Positions 59,607 through 64,000 of a stretch of 64,000 nucleotides of DNA are shown here, piece by piece. Below the pieces are notes generated by a model. That model worked only from the letters and a program-made list of their open reading frames with translations. It was not told the DNA's origin and ran no database searches. The DNA is taken from contig CM103819.1 in the NCBI GenBank assembly GCA_047288015.1, positions 32,561,354 through 32,625,353 on the forward strand, given 5' to 3'. How positions within the stretch are numbered: position 1 is the stretch's first letter; each line of letters begins with the position of its first letter. Source of the stretch: Mactra antiquata. Lineage: Eukaryota. The position numbers were made by a program, and so were the translations under genes.

Positions 59607-60664
59607 CAAGCTTTAGACACAAACTAACCTTCTCAAACTGTTTTGTTTTCACAATTTAAGTGAAACAAAGTGACCATTTCTTAAAAAAGGCGGTTCCTTT
59701 TATAAGAGCTCAGTACACACATTTCTTTGTTTATGATAAATACAATTAACTCAACATAGCTGTGTTTAGCTAAACAATACAATTTGGAGGTTGTTTAATC
59801 TTTCACAAGACTCTATCCCAACCAGTTTGTGATCAAACCTCAGTTTTAGTATATAACAGACAAATTTTACTTTCGGTTTCGATCTATTTCACTTTGAAAT
59901 GCAGTGAATAACGTTGAAAGATATAAGTTTAAATGACTTTTGACAATTTTTCTTCGATAAATTGATACAACATACATCTGTATCAGTTAATTGTTTCCAT
60001 TTATTTTACAGTCCATGTACAGGTTATATTGTCTTGATATAGGGGCTTTAACTGACTATAAATAGGGTGTCCATTTTAGAATGTGTTTTGATCATGAGAT
60101 TTTATATGAATGACAGTTAAATCCAATTGGACAATACCCTCATATGCAAACACTCTTTTATCAAAGTCCGATTAGTAGACAGTGCATTTGCAGTATCCAT
60201 TTTGAATATCACAGAAGAATTAGCTCAAAATTCACAGCTCAGAGGGTGTATTTAGATTTAACACTACTGTATAACCTAAGAAATCAGATCAATGAGAAAT
60301 CCGGAATCCTCTGACTTCTGAACAATTTTCTTGGCCCTATTTTGGACCCTGAGTGCAAAAACAACCTGAGAAAATCAGACAAAATCTGTACAATACGAAT
60401 GTTTTCTTCAATCCAGAACTTGTTCAGATTTCTCAAATTACACTATATTACTTCGACTCAACATTTACACTATAGAAAACAGTCTGTTTTCCGGATACTT
60501 ATTCTCGTACCCAGAGGTTATCAAGAAAATCTTGATGGTTTGCGAGAATGCTTGCGGGTTTATTCCATTGACTATTAAAAACTGTTACACTTGAACGTTT
60601 AAGAGAAATAGACCAATAAGCCTGTACATTGTACCGACTTAGAACTTAACAAAGTACTAAAATG

Positions 60665-60952
60665 TAATGTATGTTGCTTCGCGCCTTTTTTCGACATTTT
60701 TTCAGCCATTTTGCGGAGGTCAGTTGACCTACACATCTCTAGATCCATGCTTTTAATCAGTACTAACCTTTGCCAGTGGATGACAATTGCCCTGCATGTA
60801 GTTGATACAGTGGTAGGAGAGAGAATGGCCGTAGAAAAAAAATCATGACCAAACTACACGCAGGTACGTTGGTCCGACCCGGAAATCGAACCCGCGACCC
60901 CTCGATTGGTAGACAGACGCGCTTCCGACTGAACTAGCCAGACCGACTTGAA
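60665..60952 (-). mobile_element. tRNA-derived SINE, subfamily B
   Basis: The reverse complement gives the head 'gtcggtctggctagttcagtcggaagcgcgtctgtctaccaatcgaggggtcgcgggttcgatttccgggtcgg'. The body and tail ('aaaaatgtcgaaaaaaggcgcgaagc') match the other B copies. Confidence 0.75.
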
Positions 60953-61679
60953 AAAGTACAAGTACCAAACATCCGGTACACATACGTCTAAGGTTATAAA
61001 TACTTGAGATCGAACTCAAAACTCAGTTTTGTTCTCAGGCTGTATTGTTTCACTGTAATATAAAACAATCAATCAAAAGATTATAGTATAAATGTTTATT
61101 TGAACTTCGCCATAAAATATATTAACTTTTTCTAATATGGTCCATTGTTTACTAAGAAATCCCTTGAGAACATAACTAAGTGCCGAGCATACAATTCGAT
61201 CTTAATTTTTATTACCTCGGGTTCAGGACTTGGTTTCACAAAATGTCTCAAATTGAGATTTGTCTCAATTGCAATATATCAACAAAACAAAAAAGAAAAT
61301 AATCAAAGCAAATCAAAGCTTTACATTGCTGGAAACAAAGAAGATCTTGCGTCAATGAACTTATGAATAACAAAGATGAAAGGGTACTTATTGATCTTGG
61401 TAAATTTGTTCATATTTTGATAACTCATCCAATTTTTCATTAATCATTAACACATTTTTTATAATTTATCTGAACCAGATTGTTACATAGTACATATAGT
61501 AGACATTAAAACTAGGTTTCTGTTTTATTTATTCTTAATCTAGAATTATATATCAGACATTTTATTACCCTCTACCCGTAACTCTATATCATAGAAATAT
61601 TTTGTTAAATTTAATACCTGTATACTACACATGTTGTTACTATTTTAATGTAACCTGTGATTACCTAAAAAGATCATGT

Positions 61680-61705
61680 TCTGTTCTGTTCTGTTCTGTT
61701 CTGAT
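61680..61705. repeat. (CTGTT)5 microsatellite
   Basis: 'ctgttctgttctgttctgttctgtt'. Confidence 0.9.
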
Positions 61706-62108
61706 AGGATTGGAATATGATTTACATTAAAACTATTACACGTTGAAAAGTCAAATCTGTTTTACTGTAAAAGGTTTTATGAATTTTGTCCAGTAGTATT
61801 GACAAGACGCCATATTCTAGTAACTTTTAAACAAGTTTGCATTACGAGCGTTCACTTATATTCCAGGGACAATACTTTGAACTGTGCTAATAAACAGATC
61901 GTCAATAACAAAACACATATTTAGAAAAAAACACGATTCTAACCACTCTACCATATCTAGTATTACTAAACGTAAAATAAAACTAACCATCGAACATGAT
62001 TTAATCATTTGTTCTGTCAGTAACAACACTACATAATATAGCCTTGTAACAACACATTTTGGGGTCCAACGCATATTGGGTCAAAATCGAGAAATGTACC
62101 CCATGTGC

Positions 62109-62690
62109 CATTCGGCACACCTCGACCATTCATTCAATGAATATTCTCGGAAGGATTCGCGAAGGGACCACCTAGTGACATGGGTTTTTGCTACATGCGC
62201 GAGGCGAATCACACAACAATTTGTACTAAATAGTTCTTCGTAAACACACACGGTTTAGCAAAATAACATTTTCATGTTATATATGTGTCTCAACGATGGT
62301 CAGCTATCTCAATGAGTGTTGTAATTTAAATTTATAAACTTAAATCAAGACATTTATCATCGCCTAAATGATTGAGAATTTGTTTATATCGACACCGGAT
62401 AGAAATCAAAACGTGGCTTTTACATGATCAAAATGACAAGTTTCGAGTTGTGTCTGTCCCTAGCAAAAGATCACTTTGCATTTCAGACATTCTAAAGGGT
62501 CTTGGAGAAGCACTGATGACTGTATGCAACAAGGATGACGTGATGTGGGTTTTACCCACTGGATATGGGAAAAATTTATTTTTTCAAATTGTGCCATTCG
62601 CGTTTTGTCACGTGACACCAAAGTAGTTACAACATGGCGTCTAAATATGTCCGAGGTTATTCGTAATGAATGGCCGAGGAGTTCCGAATG
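62109..62690. mobile_element. MITE of the CATTCGGAAC family with a perfect 9-bp target-site duplication, CCCATGTGC
   Basis: Starts 'cattcggcacacctcgaccattcattcaatgaa' and ends 'ggccgaggagttccgaatg'. The sequence 'cccatgtgc' is at 62100-08 and at 62691-99. Its interior is a reverse-complement match to 10306-10865. Confidence 0.8.
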
Positions 62691-62968
62691 CCCATGTGCG
62701 TTGATATGATTTTGTAACTATTTATAATTCAACTCAAAACTAGAATACGAAACAAAATTTTTGTAAATGTTTTATTATTATCTACGCCGTTTACACTTTA
62801 TTTATGTATTAACCGTGGTCGGTTTACCTAACCAGTTTTCGTGAACATTGTTCGTATTCAAGTCCTCGCTTACCCATCCACAAGGAGCCGATAACTACGC
62901 GATATACAGAGGAAATTCGTCATTATTGTCGAATTTTCATGAGAGGAAAAGACTTGCCGCGACCGGGA

Positions 62969-63413
62969 ATAGGGTATGTAAGTCGCGTCATGTGACCTCC
63001 GAGATTTTACGATATTTTCTAACTTCCGGGTACAAACACAAGTTTAACGTCTTGGCGCTTTCTTTGGGCTAAATACGTCGATGGACACGCAAAGCTTACA
63101 ACGAATAGCGAGGCATGGGTAGAGTGTGGCAGGGTGCTCTGATTTGTAATTGACGACACCAGAGTCATTTTAAGCCGATATATCTTCTTATTTTTAGAAA
63201 CCAAAATCACCTACCTGCACAGATCAACCCATTTCTTCCTTTCCAGTTGATCAACAGGAAATCTAAACATTCTATACAAGTCTATGACCCACCAGTACGA
63301 TGCGTACAGCCAAAAGCATTATTGTTCCATTGTAAAACTGAGCGTTCGCGTTTACTTTCACTTTCGATTTTCAATTTCCGGGTACATCGGTAAACGAGAC
63401 TTACATACCCTAT
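62969..63413. mobile_element. MITE-like element, family 2, the second copy of 18066-18517
   Basis: Same termini, 'tagggtatgtaagtcgcgtcatgtgacctccgag...' and '...cgagacttacataccctat'. It is about 85% identical across roughly 450 bp. Confidence 0.7.
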
Positions 63414-64000
63414 CGATATTGGATCGCTGGATGCAAAGCCACGCGCTTAAACCACTGCACCACCATCGCGGCATTGGTTTGTGTAATAGTTTAGTTGCCT
63501 AGTGTTTTCAAATGATTATGCAACTCAATTCACATAAAATTGTTCCTAACAAAATAAAAACGATTAAATATCATTCATTCATTTTATCTTAAAGTAAGTC
63601 AATCGATAGCATGAAATAATATAATGCTAAATGATAATTACAAGCAGTTCGTTACATATTAATTATATTTTGAAGTAGCGAGCGTCAGTCCTGAACGTTA
63701 TGTTTTGCTACAAACCATTTTGTTAGTCCTACATGACTGCACATACATATACATGCACACGACTTTATCAACAAATGTCTTAATCATCTTGGTATACACA
63801 TTTGTAAAGCTTGCACTCACTATCTGCCACAAGTGATTAAGTATTATTTTTGACCCTGGCCCATGAGATATAAACCTAAAGCAGTATCTATGATTAAAAT
63901 TAGGTAGACAGCACGTTACCAAACTAACTAAACGTCCAATAATATACTCAATCATATTGCAAACCACACGATTTTAAAGAGTTTCATGTTTACAACAGAT

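Noticed and set aside
62372-62626. ORF with a RecQ-helicase-like motif I ('VLPTGYGKNLFFQ')
   Set aside because: It lies entirely inside a CATTCGGAAC-family MITE (62109-62690). The homologous position in the copy at 10306-10865 carries stop codons. It is a chance resemblance within non-coding repeat DNA.
1-64000. Prokaryotic interpretation implied by the six-frame ORF track with GTG starts
   Set aside because: The window has an AT-rich intergenic landscape, GT-AG introns with consistent phases, SINEs with poly-A-like tails and target-site duplications, and microsatellites. These indicate a metazoan nuclear genome.

Overview
This window reads as repeat-rich, AT-rich nuclear DNA from a metazoan rather than a prokaryote. 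Genes here have introns with GT-AG boundaries. Pearl-like repeats carrying microsatellites, together with the tRNA-derived SINEs, point to a molluscan, possibly bivalve, genome; that placement is inference only. Most ORFs in the supplied six-frame track are spurious, because they lie inside SINEs, MITEs or tandem repeats.

Supported content:
1. Three tandem minus-strand paralogues of a ninjurin-like two-pass membrane protein. Copy 1 has exons at 14-205 and 703-828 and continues past the window start. Copy 2 has three exons. Copy 3 has the same coding sequence with one intron precisely missing.
2. An ankyrin-repeat plus SOCS-box (ASB-like) gene on the minus strand at 23918-25570. Its reading frame is broken by a single in-frame TGA that separates the ankyrin part from the SOCS box.
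3. A five-exon plus-strand gene at 30627-42328 that encodes a novel type I membrane protein. It has a signal peptide, a cysteine-containing ectodomain, a Ser/Thr-rich stalk, a transmembrane helix and a roughly 435-aa cytoplasmic tail with YxxM motifs.
4. A possible single-exon gene for an acidic protein at 48007-48834 (minus strand).
5. The most striking feature: an apparently intact tyrosine-recombinase retrotransposon of DIRS/Ngaro type at about 50797-59606. It has four ORFs (Gag-like with a zinc knuckle, RT plus RNase H, tyrosine recombinase, and an SGNH/GDSL-type hydrolase) and Ngaro-style split direct repeats. The 3' end is expanded into about 2.7 tandem copies of a 1343-bp unit that carries a 21-bp minisatellite and an inverted internal complementary segment.

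Also present are many tRNA-derived SINE copies of at least three families, including one nested insertion with a 10-bp target-site duplication. There are two MITE families, one with 9-bp target-site duplications. There is also a palindromic mini-element, a tandem duplication next to a hairpin, and several micro- and minisatellites. No rRNA genes, CRISPR arrays or convincing authentic tRNA genes were seen.
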